Positions 9,671 through 19,305 of a stretch of 64,000 nt of DNA are shown one piece after another. Each line of letters begins with the position of its first letter. Positions within the stretch are counted from its first letter, which is position 1. A program made the position numbers and the translations under genes. Below the pieces are notes generated by a model. It did no database searches. It saw only the letters and a list, made by a program, of their open reading frames with translations, and was not told the DNA's origin. This DNA is from Rheinheimera sp. (GTDB lineage Bacteria > Pseudomonadota > Gammaproteobacteria > Enterobacterales > Alteromonadaceae), in contig NZ_JBBIQD010000003.1 of assembly GCF_037442525.1 (NCBI RefSeq), positions 278,482 to 342,481 on the forward strand. The letters are read 5' to 3'.

Positions 9671-10003
9671 TTGTTCCTGTCGCTCGTCCGCAAGCCCAGC
9701 TGTACACCCTGGTCGCAGGCCTGCTGTTGATTTGGTTAAATTCCGCTCAAAAAGCAGAAAGCGGCACTGTACCGGGGAACATCAGCTGCAGTTGTGAAAG
9801 AATGTAGGCAGTAAAAGCAACAGCCATCCTAGGTGTATTCAGTTGAATTTCAGCTAAGATCCTTTAAGTTAGAATGAGTTAGCTTATTGATTCCCGCACT
9901 GAGGTGCAGTCTGCTGCCATCAGTTGGTCAGGCAGTACCACATCAGCTGCCGCACCTGAAATACTTTGTCACGGCCCAGGCCAACTTTTTACAAGGATCT
10001 CAG

Positions 10004-10381
10004 ATGACCCAATCTTCTGTTGCTGTTGGTTTGAAACTCAGTCTGCTGGTCTTTGGCCTGCTGACCCTGCTGCTGTTGTATCTGGACTGGCAGCTGATCA
10101 TTCCTGGCTGGCTCAAGTACCTGCTGCTGGGTCTGAACCTGGTCACTTTGTTGGCCTACTGGCGCGATAAAAAGGCGGCAGAGCAGCAAAGCTGGCGGAC
10201 TCAGGAAAGCAGCCTGTTGTTGCTCGGCTTGTTGGGGGGCTGGCCTGCCGCCTTAGTAGCACAGCACTGGTTGAGGCATAAAAACAAAAAACTGAGTTTC
10301 CAAATCCTTTTTTATCTGACCATCATGCTCAATGGCGGCCTGTTTTATGCGATTTGGCTGCACAGTCCCTTGCTGCCATAA
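10004..10381 (+). CDS. DUF1294-family membrane protein
   Basis: YWRDKKAA...WRTQESSLLLLGLLGGWPAALVAQHWLRHKNKK motif; start at MTQSS after AGGA. Confidence 0.85.
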   Translation: MTQSSVAVGLKLSLLVFGLLTLLLLYLDWQLIIPGWLKYLLLGLNLVTLLAYWRDKKAAEQQSWRTQESSLLLLGLLGGWPAALVAQHWLRHKNKKLSFQILFYLTIMLNGGLFYAIWLHSPLLP

Positions 10382-10472
10382 GCAGAAAAACTGCGGCAAC
10401 CTGGCTGGTCGCCCCGGGCAAAGCACGTTAAATTAGTCCCTTGGACTAGTTTAACGTGCTGTTGAGGAACTT

Positions 10473-11645
10473 ATGCGCTTGTCTGCTTTACCTTTTTCTT
10501 TGTTACTTACACTGATATCCGGCCAGAGTCTGGCCAGTGATCTGGCGACCAAAGCACAGCAACTGGCACAGCAGACACTGATTATCGATACCCACATTGA
10601 TGTGCCTTACCGTCTGCACGATGACTGGGAAGATGTGACCCAGGCCACGAAGCGCGGTGAATTTGACTACCCGCGCGCCAAAGCCGGTGGTCTGAACGCA
10701 CCTTTTATGTCCATATACATCCCTTCGTCTTATGAAAAAAGCGGCGGCGGTTACCAGTTTGCCAATCAGCTGATTGATGGCATGGAAGCCCTGGTGGCCC
10801 GGGCGCCGGATAAGTTTGCCATGGCCTACCACAGCAAAGACCTGGCTGAACAATTCCGCCAGGGCAAAATCTCCCTGGCTCTGGGCATGGAAAATGGCAC
10901 CCCAATCGACGGCAAGCTGGAGAACCTGCAGCATTTTTACAACAGAGGCATTCGCTATATCACGCTGACGCACTCCGAGAGTAACCATATTGCCGACTCC
11001 AGCTATGACCTGCGTCGCCAGTGGAAAGGTTTGAGCCCCTTTGGCAAAGAGCTGGTGGTGGCCATGAACAACACCGGCCTGATGATTGATATTTCCCATG
11101 TGTCGGATGCCGCGTTTTACCAGGTAGTGGAACTCAGCAAAGCCCCGGTGATTGCCTCGCATTCGTCACTGCGGGCCTTTGTGCCGGGTTTTGAGCGGAA
11201 TATGGATGACAAGATGATCAAAGCGCTGGCGAAAAACGGCGGTGTCATTCAAATCAACTTCGGCTCCGCTTTTATCGTGCAGGCGGCCAATCAATGGGGT
11301 TTACAGCGGGACGCCGCTTTTAAAGCCTCAGGCCAGACCGACAAAGATGCCTTTACCGCCGAGTACAAAAAACAACAGCCTTACCCTTTTGCCAGCCTGG
11401 AAAAGGTACTGGACCATATTGATTATGTCGTCAAGCTGGTTGGCATCGACTATGTGGGCATAGGCTCAGATTTTGATGGCGTCGGTGATTCATTACCGGA
11501 GCAACTGAAAGATGTGTCGATGTACCCCAACCTGATCAAAGGTTTGCTGGAGCGGGGCTATTCAGAGCAGGATATTGAAAAAGTGCTGTCTGGTAACCTG
11601 TTGCGGGTGTGGCGTGCTGTGGAAGACTACGCCGCCAAACATTAA
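10473..11645 (+). CDS. Exported membrane-dipeptidase family (M19) metallopeptidase
   Basis: IIDTHID, GMENG, YITLTH, IDISHVS, ASHSS, GIGSDFDG motifs; signal peptide. Confidence 0.92.
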   Translation: MRLSALPFSLLLTLISGQSLASDLATKAQQLAQQTLIIDTHIDVPYRLHDDWEDVTQATKRGEFDYPRAKAGGLNAPFMSIYIPSSYEKSGGGYQFANQLIDGMEALVARAPDKFAMAYHSKDLAEQFRQGKISLALGMENGTPIDGKLENLQHFYNRGIRYITLTHSESNHIADSSYDLRRQWKGLSPFGKELVVAMNNTGLMIDISHVSDAAFYQVVELSKAPVIASHSSLRAFVPGFERNMDDKMIKALAKNGGVIQINFGSAFIVQAANQWGLQRDAAFKASGQTDKDAFTAEYKKQQPYPFASLEKVLDHIDYVVKLVGIDYVGIGSDFDGVGDSLPEQLKDVSMYPNLIKGLLERGYSEQDIEKVLSGNLLRVWRAVEDYAAKH

Positions 11646-11669
11646 CCTCATCACAGTGGAGGCCTGAGT

Positions 11670-14600
11670 ATGTGGTCCTGGCTGAATCAACTTTTTACCC
11701 ATCCGGCCAATTCCGAACTGCTGCTTGGGTCTTACGATCCCTGGTTGGTGCTGTTGTCTGTAGCCATCGCCGTGTTTGCTTCTGCAATGGCGCTGCAGGT
11801 GACAGCCCAGGCCACTGAAGTGAAACGCAAAGGGCTGCGCCGCCTAATGCTGGCCAGTGGCAGCCTGAGTCTGGGGTGTGGCGTCTGGTCTATGCACTTT
11901 ATCGGTATGCTGGCCTTTGCCTTATGCACACCGGTCAGCTACACACCAGGCCTGACCGCACTGTCGATGTTGCCCAGTATTGCTGCATCCTGGGTGGCGC
12001 TGAATCTGATCAGTCAGAAAAAAATCAGCCTGCTGCAGCTGGCCACAGGCGGCCTCTTAGTGGGCGCCGGTATAGGCACCATGCATTACAGTGGTATGGC
12101 CGCGATGCAGCTCTCTGCCGCACTGCGTTATGATCTGTCAATCTTTGCTTTATCTATTCTGGTTGCAGTGGTACTGGCCATGCTGGCGTTGTGGATCCGC
12201 TTTGGACTGAAGCGGCTGAAACTGCAGCCAATCAGCCTGACGCTGCTGGCCGCCACAGTGATGGGCGCCGCTATTGCCGGTATGCACTATACCGGCATGG
12301 CCGCCGCACGTTTTGTGCCGCCACCGGGTTTTGTGCCACAAACCGAACGCGGTGAAACCCCGCTGGTGCTGGCGGCGGGCATTACTGTGCTGACGCTGGT
12401 GATCACTATGCTGGTCGTGATTGTGACCATGTTATTGCGTTATCGCGAAGCCAGCGCACAGGCCAAAGCCAGCGAAAGCCGGCTCCGCTCCATGATGGAA
12501 ACTGCGGTGGATGGTATTGTCACCATCGACAGCAACGGCATCATTCAGAGTGTCAACAAAGCAGCAGAACGTATTTTCGGCTGGAGCTCGGCAGAAATGC
12601 TGGGACGCAATGTCACCATGCTGACTCCGGACCCGATTAAAGCCGAACATGACAGTTACCTGCAAAACTACCTGCACACCGGCAAAGCCAGCATTATTGG
12701 CCAGGGCCGGGATGTGATGGCCTGCCACAAAGATGGCCGGTCACTGCCTGTGCGTCTGGCTATAGGCCACGCCAGGCTGCCAGAACAGGACTTGTTTGTC
12801 GCTTTTATTACCGACATCAGCTCCCGCCTGCAAATGGAGCAGGCACTGAAAGAAAACGAAGAAAAATTCCGTTCGTTGATCAGCAATATCCCCGGCGCCG
12901 CTTACCGTTGCCTGTGCAACGAGCAGTGGGACATGTTGTTTATCAGTGACGCCATTGAAGGCATTTGCGGTTACCCGGCCTCTGATTTTATGTTGCCCCA
13001 TCAGGTCCGGCGCTGGACCTCCCTGATCCATCCGGATGATTTAGCCGTAGTGCAACAGATGGAGATGTATCAAAACAGTTTTCAGCTGGAATACCGTATT
13101 CTGCATCGGGATGGCTCGGTGCACTGGCTGTTGGAACAAGGCCAGGCGATTCGGGACCCGGATGGCAACATTCTCTGGCTGGACGGCTTTTTGATGGATA
13201 TCACTCAGCGTAAGCAGATGGAAGTTGAACTGCTGAAGGCGAAAAACCAGGCCGAAGACGCAGCCGCGGCCCGCGCTTCTTTTCTCGCCAATATGAGCCA
13301 CGAAATCCGCACCCCAATGAATGCCATTATTGGTTTCAGTGACCTGTTGCTGAGTTCCCAGTTGCAGCCCGAGCAGCGCAAGCATCTGTCGACTATTCAT
13401 GGCTCAGCCCATTCACTGTTGCATCTGCTCAATGACGTACTGGACAGTGCCAAGCTGGAAAAAGGCAAGCTGGAGCTGGAAATCGACAATTTCTCCTTAC
13501 CTGCCTTGCTCGACTCCGTGGTGTCTACCTTATGGCTGCAGGCCCGGAAAAAACAGCTGGCGCTGGAGCTGAAGCTGGCCCCTGAATTGGGGGAGTTTTA
13601 CCTGGGAGCGCCCGATCGGCTGCGGCAAATACTGACCAACCTGATTGGCAATGCCATTAAATTTACCGAAAAAGGGCAGGTAACAGTGCTGGCAGGTCTG
13701 ACGGCCGATCAGCAGGTGCAATTCCGCATTACGGATACCGGCATTGGCATCGCCGCCCACAGGTTGCCTTTTATTTTCGATGCCTTTACCCAGGCCGACG
13801 CGTCGATGAGCCGGCGTTTTGGCGGTACCGGCCTTGGCACCACCATCAGCAAGCAACTGGTGGAGCTGATGGGTGGGCAAATTCGGGTGGAAAGTACCGA
13901 AGGGGTCGGCAGTTGCTTTGAATTTACACTGCCGCTGCAACCGGGCCAGTATCAGCCGCAACCTGTACAGGGCCAGGCCATAAAATTACCTGCGCTGAAG
14001 GTGCTGATTGCCGACGATATTCCGCAGAATCTGGAACTGTTGCAGCTGTTACTGCAACGCGCCGGTCATGCCGTGATCTGTGCCCGCGATGGTCTGGAAG
14101 CCGTCACGCTGTATCAGCAACAGCAGCCTCAGCTGGTTCTGATGGATATTCAGATGCCCCATCTGGACGGTTTGGGAGCCTGCCGGCAGATCCGTCAGCT
14201 GGAAGCGCAACTGGGGCTCAACACAGTCCCTGTCATTGCGCTGACCGCCAGTGTGCTGGATGAGGATAAACAAGCCGCCCGTGAAGCCGGTATGCAGGGC
14301 TTTGCCACCAAACCTGTGGATTTTGTCGCCCTGAGCCGGGAAATAGCCGCAGTGCTTGGCATCGACCTGCCGGAACCGGCCGACGCACCTGAAGATGTGC
14401 AACCAGAGCAATTGATCAATCTGAACAAAGCGCTGCAGCTGTGGGGGCACCAGGACAGCTACCTGTTTAACCTGCGCCAGTTTCTGCAGCAAGTGCCAGA
14501 CCAGCTGGAACTGATGCTCAGTGCTTATCAGCAAAACAACCTGACCGAAGTACAACACAAAGCCCATGCGCTCAAAGGAGTCAGTGGCAATCTGGCGCTG

Positions 14601-14984
14601 GAAGCCTTCAGCCGGATTGGCGCCGAACTGGAGCAGGCGGCCCGGCAGCTGCAACCTGAACGTTGTTTGCAGCTGATCAGCAGACTGCAAAGTGGCTGGC
14701 CCCGCCTGGAGAAAGCAGCCGCAGCGCTGCAGGTACAACAACATCAGCAGACCGCCGCCGAACCCGTTGCTCTGGCGCAGTTAGAGCAGTTATTGCAGCA
14801 ATTGGCGACTGGACTGGCCAAACACCAGCTCGACAGCCAGTTGGTGCAGCAATTAAGCCAGGTGCAATGCCCCTGGCAGCAGGAAATCCGCCACATTCTG
14901 GAGCTGGCAGATGATTTTGAATTTCAGGCCGCTTTAGCACAACTGGACCAGCTAAAGCCGCAGCTTAATCAGGAAAATCACTGA
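11670..14984 (+). CDS. Hybrid sensor kinase MHYT-PAS-PAS-HisKA-HATPase-REC-Hpt
   Basis: MHFIGM/MHYSGM/MHYTGM repeats; two PAS/PAC; FLANMSHEIRTPMN; N/G boxes; LMDIQMP receiver; AHALKGVSGNL Hpt. Confidence 0.93.
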   Translation: MWSWLNQLFTHPANSELLLGSYDPWLVLLSVAIAVFASAMALQVTAQATEVKRKGLRRLMLASGSLSLGCGVWSMHFIGMLAFALCTPVSYTPGLTALSMLPSIAASWVALNLISQKKISLLQLATGGLLVGAGIGTMHYSGMAAMQLSAALRYDLSIFALSILVAVVLAMLALWIRFGLKRLKLQPISLTLLAATVMGAAIAGMHYTGMAAARFVPPPGFVPQTERGETPLVLAAGITVLTLVITMLVVIVTMLLRYREASAQAKASESRLRSMMETAVDGIVTIDSNGIIQSVNKAAERIFGWSSAEMLGRNVTMLTPDPIKAEHDSYLQNYLHTGKASIIGQGRDVMACHKDGRSLPVRLAIGHARLPEQDLFVAFITDISSRLQMEQALKENEEKFRSLISNIPGAAYRCLCNEQWDMLFISDAIEGICGYPASDFMLPHQVRRWTSLIHPDDLAVVQQMEMYQNSFQLEYRILHRDGSVHWLLEQGQAIRDPDGNILWLDGFLMDITQRKQMEVELLKAKNQAEDAAAARASFLANMSHEIRTPMNAIIGFSDLLLSSQLQPEQRKHLSTIHGSAHSLLHLLNDVLDSAKLEKGKLELEIDNFSLPALLDSVVSTLWLQARKKQLALELKLAPELGEFYLGAPDRLRQILTNLIGNAIKFTEKGQVTVLAGLTADQQVQFRITDTGIGIAAHRLPFIFDAFTQADASMSRRFGGTGLGTTISKQLVELMGGQIRVESTEGVGSCFEFTLPLQPGQYQPQPVQGQAIKLPALKVLIADDIPQNLELLQLLLQRAGHAVICARDGLEAVTLYQQQQPQLVLMDIQMPHLDGLGACRQIRQLEAQLGLNTVPVIALTASVLDEDKQAAREAGMQGFATKPVDFVALSREIAAVLGIDLPEPADAPEDVQPEQLINLNKALQLWGHQDSYLFNLRQFLQQVPDQLELMLSAYQQNNLTEVQHKAHALKGVSGNLALEAFSRIGAELEQAARQLQPERCLQLISRLQSGWPRLEKAAAALQVQQHQQTAAEPVALAQLEQLLQQLATGLAKHQLDSQLVQQLSQVQCPWQQEIRHILELADDFEFQAALAQLDQLKPQLNQENH

Positions 14985-15979
14985 TGAACCAGGCCAAAAT
15001 TTTGCTGGTCGACGACGAAGCCACCAACCTCAAAGTGCTGCGTAATGTGCTGCAGGATCAGTACCAGCTGATGTTCGCCAAACAGGGGGATGAAGCGCTG
15101 CAGCTGGCGGCTGAACACAAACCGGATTTAATACTGCTGGATGTGATGATGCCGGGCAAAACCGGCTTTGAGGTGTGTGCACAGCTGAAACAAAACCCCG
15201 AGCTCTGTGCTATTCCAGTCATTTTTGTCACAGCGCTGAAAGAAGAGCTGGACGAAACTAAAGGCTTTGAATTGGGTGCCGTGGATTACATCACCAAACC
15301 CATCAGTCCGGCCGTGGTGCGGGCCAGAGTAAAAACCCATTTGTCGCTGGTACAGGCTGAAGAGCTGAAACAAACCCGCCTGCAGGTGATTCAACGACTG
15401 GGCCGCGCCGCTGAATACAAAGATAATGAAACCGGCTTGCATGTACTTCGTATGAGCCATTATGCCCATGTGCTGGCTTTGGCTTATGGCCTGGACACCC
15501 AGCAGGCGGAAAACTTACTGCATGCCGCCCCTATGCACGACATAGGCAAAATAGGCATTCCGGATCATATTCTGCTGAAGCCCGGCAAGCTGACCACAGA
15601 AGAATTTGCCGAAATGAAGCGGCATCCGCTGATCGGGGCTGAAATTATCGGCCATTGTGACTCGGCCCTGCTGCAAGTGGCCAAGCAGGTCGCCTTATAC
15701 CACCATGAAAAGTGGGATGGCACCGGCTACCCATACGGACTGAAAGCAGAGCAAATACCGCTGGAAGCCCGTATTGTGGCCGTGGCGGATGTGTTTGACG
15801 CCCTGACCAGCCCCAGGCCCTATAAACCGGCCTGGTCTTTGGAGCAGACCATGGACTATATGCAGCAACAAAAGGGACTGCATTTTGAACCTGTGTTGAT
15901 CGAGCTGCTGGAACAAAAACTGCCGGACATTCTCGCTATTCAGCAGAAATGGGCGGAAAAAGAAGTCTCACCACAGTAA
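14984..15979 (+). CDS. REC-HD-GYP response regulator (RpfG-like c-di-GMP phosphodiesterase)
   Basis: LLDVMMP receiver; MHDIGKIG; HHEKWDGTGYP; VADVFDAL. Start overlaps the kinase stop. Confidence 0.92.
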   Translation: MNQAKILLVDDEATNLKVLRNVLQDQYQLMFAKQGDEALQLAAEHKPDLILLDVMMPGKTGFEVCAQLKQNPELCAIPVIFVTALKEELDETKGFELGAVDYITKPISPAVVRARVKTHLSLVQAEELKQTRLQVIQRLGRAAEYKDNETGLHVLRMSHYAHVLALAYGLDTQQAENLLHAAPMHDIGKIGIPDHILLKPGKLTTEEFAEMKRHPLIGAEIIGHCDSALLQVAKQVALYHHEKWDGTGYPYGLKAEQIPLEARIVAVADVFDALTSPRPYKPAWSLEQTMDYMQQQKGLHFEPVLIELLEQKLPDILAIQQKWAEKEVSPQ

Positions 15980-16053
15980 AGATATTGCGAATTCAGCCGT
16001 GGCTTAGCAAGATGAACTAAACACGGCCCACACCTGAGAAACGGACTGAACTG

Positions 16054-16584
16054 ATGAAGCCTTTTTACCTCTGCTTTTTCCTGCTGCTGTTATCCGGCTG
16101 CAGCACCACCTATTACCAGGAGCGTCTGCAGCAGCCGATGCCACTGCCGGAGGGTGAATGGACCATGACCCGGCTGCATCCCAATGATCTGGACCTGGTC
16201 ACCGAAATGCGCTGGCAGGATAAAAACAGTCAGGACCTGGTGCAAAGCTTCGTATTTGAGCAACAACCCAATGTAAATTTGCAGGACACCAAACGTATTG
16301 ATGACGAGCAGGGCCAGCTGAACTGCGATTTATTGTTCGACAGCCAGATCCTGAGCCAGACCCAACAGCAGGGTTACCCGCAGCTGACCTGGGTATCGGA
16401 GTGCAAAAGTAAAACCGGTCAATACTCCAAGGTGTTACACAAAGCCATCGCAGGTAAAGAGTCGCTGTATGTGTTTAACCGTATCTGGCGCACCCAGCCA
16501 TTACAAACCGAATGGGATCTCTGGCTGGCGTACAGCAACCGCATTTATGTCTGCGACCAGCGCGCGGCAGCTGGCTGTCAGTGA
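16054..16584 (+). CDS. Hypothetical lipoprotein
   Basis: Lipobox LLSGC after a hydrophobic leader. Confidence 0.7.
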   Translation: MKPFYLCFFLLLLSGCSTTYYQERLQQPMPLPEGEWTMTRLHPNDLDLVTEMRWQDKNSQDLVQSFVFEQQPNVNLQDTKRIDDEQGQLNCDLLFDSQILSQTQQQGYPQLTWVSECKSKTGQYSKVLHKAIAGKESLYVFNRIWRTQPLQTEWDLWLAYSNRIYVCDQRAAAGCQ

Positions 16585-16587
16585 GCC

Positions 16588-16612
16588 AAAAAAGAGGCAG
16601 CCAGGCTGCCTG
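16588..16612 (-). terminator. Intrinsic terminator after the zapA-like gene
   Basis: Minus strand AGGCAGC-CTG-GCTGCCT followed by CTTTTTT. Confidence 0.65.
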
Positions 16613-16628
16613 AAAGGAGAGGCCTGGG

Positions 16629-16907
16629 CTAACGTTGCTCAAGCAAAAGGATCAGGTTATCCAGCTGCTGCTGGCAGTTCTGTAACTGAGGTTGTTGTTG
16701 CTGCATCAGCATCTGGGCAATTTGCAGCGACGCCAGCACTATGCTTTGTTCCTGCGATAAATGCCCGTTGCCTTTACGCACAGTGCCGACCTGCTCATTC
16801 AGCAGACGGGCGGCTTCCTGCAAATAGGATTGCTCATGCACCCGGCAACGCAGACGGTACTCACGGCCACAGATCAGCAGCTTTTGTTCGATAAGCGCAG
16901 CAGACAT
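16629..16907 (-). CDS. ZapA-family protein
   Basis: ICGREYRLRC...LQEAARLLNEQV...VLASLQIA pattern plus C-terminal coiled coil. Confidence 0.78.
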   Translation of the reverse strand: MSAALIEQKLLICGREYRLRCRVHEQSYLQEAARLLNEQVGTVRKGNGHLSQEQSIVLASLQIAQMLMQQQQPQLQNCQQQLDNLILLLEQR

Positions 16908-16910
16908 AAG

Positions 16911-17114
16911 TTACCTGGCAGAGTGGCCAAACAGCTGCAGTAATTGCTGTAAGTGCGCCTGCACCTGCTGCTGTTGCTCTTCGTTCTCCAAGGTTTTCAG
17001 CTCCAGCGTTTCCAGCTGAGCCCTGGTGTCATCCACCTGCTGTTTCAATTGCTGGTTTTCGTTGATTAACCCCTGAATAAGCTGATGCAGATGCTGAAAC
17101 TGTGAATCGAACAT
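16911..17114 (-). CDS. Short coiled-coil protein, ZapB-like
   Basis: 67-aa heptad-rich protein (LHQLIQGLINENQQLKQQV...) 3 bp upstream of the ZapA-like gene. Confidence 0.6.
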   Translation of the reverse strand: MFDSQFQHLHQLIQGLINENQQLKQQVDDTRAQLETLELKTLENEEQQQQVQAHLQQLLQLFGHSAR

Positions 17115-17226
17115 AGGATTTCCTCTGAACACGACGAAGTGGATGGTCAGAAACTGACGGCTGAATGCCTGCCGACTTTAGCGGCTGCAATTGAACTCAG
17201 GCTGAACAACGGCGGATCCCGCCACT

Positions 17227-17252
17227 AAAAAAGCCCGCCAGGGCTGGCGGGC
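17227..17252 (-). terminator. Intrinsic terminator after the YggN-like gene
   Basis: GCCCGCCA/TGGCGGGC stem with a U6 tract on the minus strand. Confidence 0.7.
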
Positions 17253-17276
17253 AACAGAGTAGTTCTACTCCAGGGT

Positions 17277-18080
17277 TCAGAAACTCACCAGCGCGGCATC
17301 CTCCCCGTTCTGCTCTGTACTCAGCAAATCATAAGCGGCGAAGGCCGATAATTGCTGTTGCAGACGGGTTTCCACCTGGTTCAGCGCCTGCAGGTTCTGG
17401 CATAAGGCGTCGCCTTGTTGTTCCAGTGCAGAGGCTTTTAATTCAACGCTTTGTTCAATCTGTTCGCCAACTAATTCCATCCGTTCACCAAAGGAATTCA
17501 TTCGCTGCTCGAAGTCACCGTCACCGGACATCATCGCCAGCCCCATTTGCCACAGCACTGAGCCCATAGACTGCTGCACCGCATCTTCGATGGCCTGTTC
17601 AAACTCCGGACCAAAGGCTTCATCCAGCTGTTGCATCTGGCTGCCGCGGATCTCAATGCTCTGGCCGTCCCGCACAATCAGCTCGTCCGTGGTCAGCTCG
17701 ACCTTCTGCAGCGCGCTTTGCAAGCCGTCGAACTCCGCCAGGTCTTTGCCGGTCAGCTCCGTCATCGCCTGGCCCACAGCGCTCACCGCCAGTTTCATCG
17801 CGTCGCCAACCAGTACCACTGTTTTTTCCGTCTGGTCGCGCAAACCGGCCTGGTACTGCAGCAGCAATGCACGTTGCTCAGCATTAACCTGCTGAGTTTT
17901 GCCATTCAGCCACAGGTTGCCCTGTGCGTCGATTTGCCATAAGGATTGACCCTGCTCAGACAACTCCACCAGAGCTGGCGTGATGCGCAAATCCTGCTTC
18001 AGTTGCAGGTTGCACTGTGAAGATTCAGCCGCCACTGTGGCGCTTAACAACAAGATGGAACTGGCAATCAGGGTTTTCAT
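17277..18080 (-). CDS. YggN/DUF2884-family exported protein
   Basis: Signal peptide; CNLQLKQDLRITP...GNLWLNG...QRALLLQYQAGLR; C-terminal LCQNLQALNQVETRLQQQL. Confidence 0.75.
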   Translation of the reverse strand: MKTLIASSILLLSATVAAESSQCNLQLKQDLRITPALVELSEQGQSLWQIDAQGNLWLNGKTQQVNAEQRALLLQYQAGLRDQTEKTVVLVGDAMKLAVSAVGQAMTELTGKDLAEFDGLQSALQKVELTTDELIVRDGQSIEIRGSQMQQLDEAFGPEFEQAIEDAVQQSMGSVLWQMGLAMMSGDGDFEQRMNSFGERMELVGEQIEQSVELKASALEQQGDALCQNLQALNQVETRLQQQLSAFAAYDLLSTEQNGEDAALVSF

Positions 18081-18316
18081 CAGAGTTCGTCCTTTCAGGG
18101 GTGATGCCAAAGAATCTGCAAAGCCAATGCCAATACGTAACTATCTGTTTTAAATCAATTTAAATAAAAACCCATCGCAAAACCCTGTTTTGCTGTTAGC
18201 CAAATTGACTAAAAAATAGTGGTAATTTGTCTGGCTGCGGTACTACTGAACTTCCGGCACCGCCGGGGCGGTGCTATAGTGCGCGCACCAGTGCAGAACC
18301 AGAGCGAAACCGCCGC

Positions 18317-19252
18317 ATGAAAGCAGTGACACCATTTATTTACCCTATAGGCACAGTAGGCCAGCCGTGGGGCGACGCCGAAAAATCCCTTTGGCTCAAC
18401 CAGCAAAAACAGACCAAACGCAGCTACCAGCAGGATGTCGTCAGTGCATTGCAGTCTTTACCGGACGAAGCTGAGTTGCTGCAGTACGGCCATATCGACT
18501 ACAGCCGCCATCAGTTGCCTGACTATGCCCTTTATGCCGTGCGCAGCAAAAACTGGCAGCCAGAGTTACCGGTTTTATTGGTGACGGGGGGTGTCCATGG
18601 CTATGAAACCAGCGGGGTGCATGGGGCGCTGGCGTTTATTCAGCAGCATTTTACTGAGTTCAGTGCCAAGGCAAACCTGTTAATCCTGCCCTGCATCAGC
18701 CCCTGGGGCTATGAAACCATTAACCGGTGGAACCCGGATGCAGTTGACCCGAACCGTTCATTCAGCCCCACAGGGGAAGCGGCGGAAGCCCAGCTGGCGA
18801 TGGCCTGCATTCAAAGCCACAGCGGAACAGTGCTGATGCATATTGATTTGCATGAAACCACCGACTCTGACAACAGCGAGTTTCGCCCGGCCAAAGCCGC
18901 CCGTGACGGCAGCGTCAATACCAACTGGAATATCCCCGATGGGTTTTATCTGGTCGGTGACACAGAGCGGCCTGAAGCCGGCTTTCAGAAAGCAGTGATC
19001 GATGCGGTCGCGAAAGTCACACATATTGCACCGGCCGATGAACATGGCTGCCTGATTGGCGAAAAACTGCAGCAGTTTGGAGTGGTGAATTACCCGAAAC
19101 GCAGCCTGGGATTATGCGGCGGTTTTACCGACGCCCCTTTTGTCACCACCACCGAAGTGTACCCGGACAGCCCCAACACCAACCCGGCAGAATGCAATCA
19201 GGCCCAGGTGGCCGCTGTGGTGGCGGCAATGCAATTTGCTTTGGCTAACTGA
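18317..19252 (+). CDS. M14-family zinc carboxypeptidase/desuccinylase-like hydrolase
   Basis: GGVHGYETSG (HxxE), NRWN...DPNRSF, IDLHET, TTEVYPD. Confidence 0.88.
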   Translation: MKAVTPFIYPIGTVGQPWGDAEKSLWLNQQKQTKRSYQQDVVSALQSLPDEAELLQYGHIDYSRHQLPDYALYAVRSKNWQPELPVLLVTGGVHGYETSGVHGALAFIQQHFTEFSAKANLLILPCISPWGYETINRWNPDAVDPNRSFSPTGEAAEAQLAMACIQSHSGTVLMHIDLHETTDSDNSEFRPAKAARDGSVNTNWNIPDGFYLVGDTERPEAGFQKAVIDAVAKVTHIAPADEHGCLIGEKLQQFGVVNYPKRSLGLCGGFTDAPFVTTTEVYPDSPNTNPAECNQAQVAAVVAAMQFALAN

Positions 19253-19265
19253 CAGCCTGAAACAC

Positions 19266-19290
19266 AAAAGCCGGCACAGCCGGCTTTTTT
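19266..19290. terminator. Bidirectional intrinsic terminator
   Basis: AAAAGCCGGC-ACA-GCCGGCTTTTTT between convergent genes. Confidence 0.8.
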
Positions 19291-19305
19291 ATGCGGGGTA
19301 GCTGC

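Noticed and set aside
16585-16628. 6S RNA (ssrS) downstream of the zapA-like gene
   Set aside because: Only 44 bp of intergenic DNA, occupied by a terminator.
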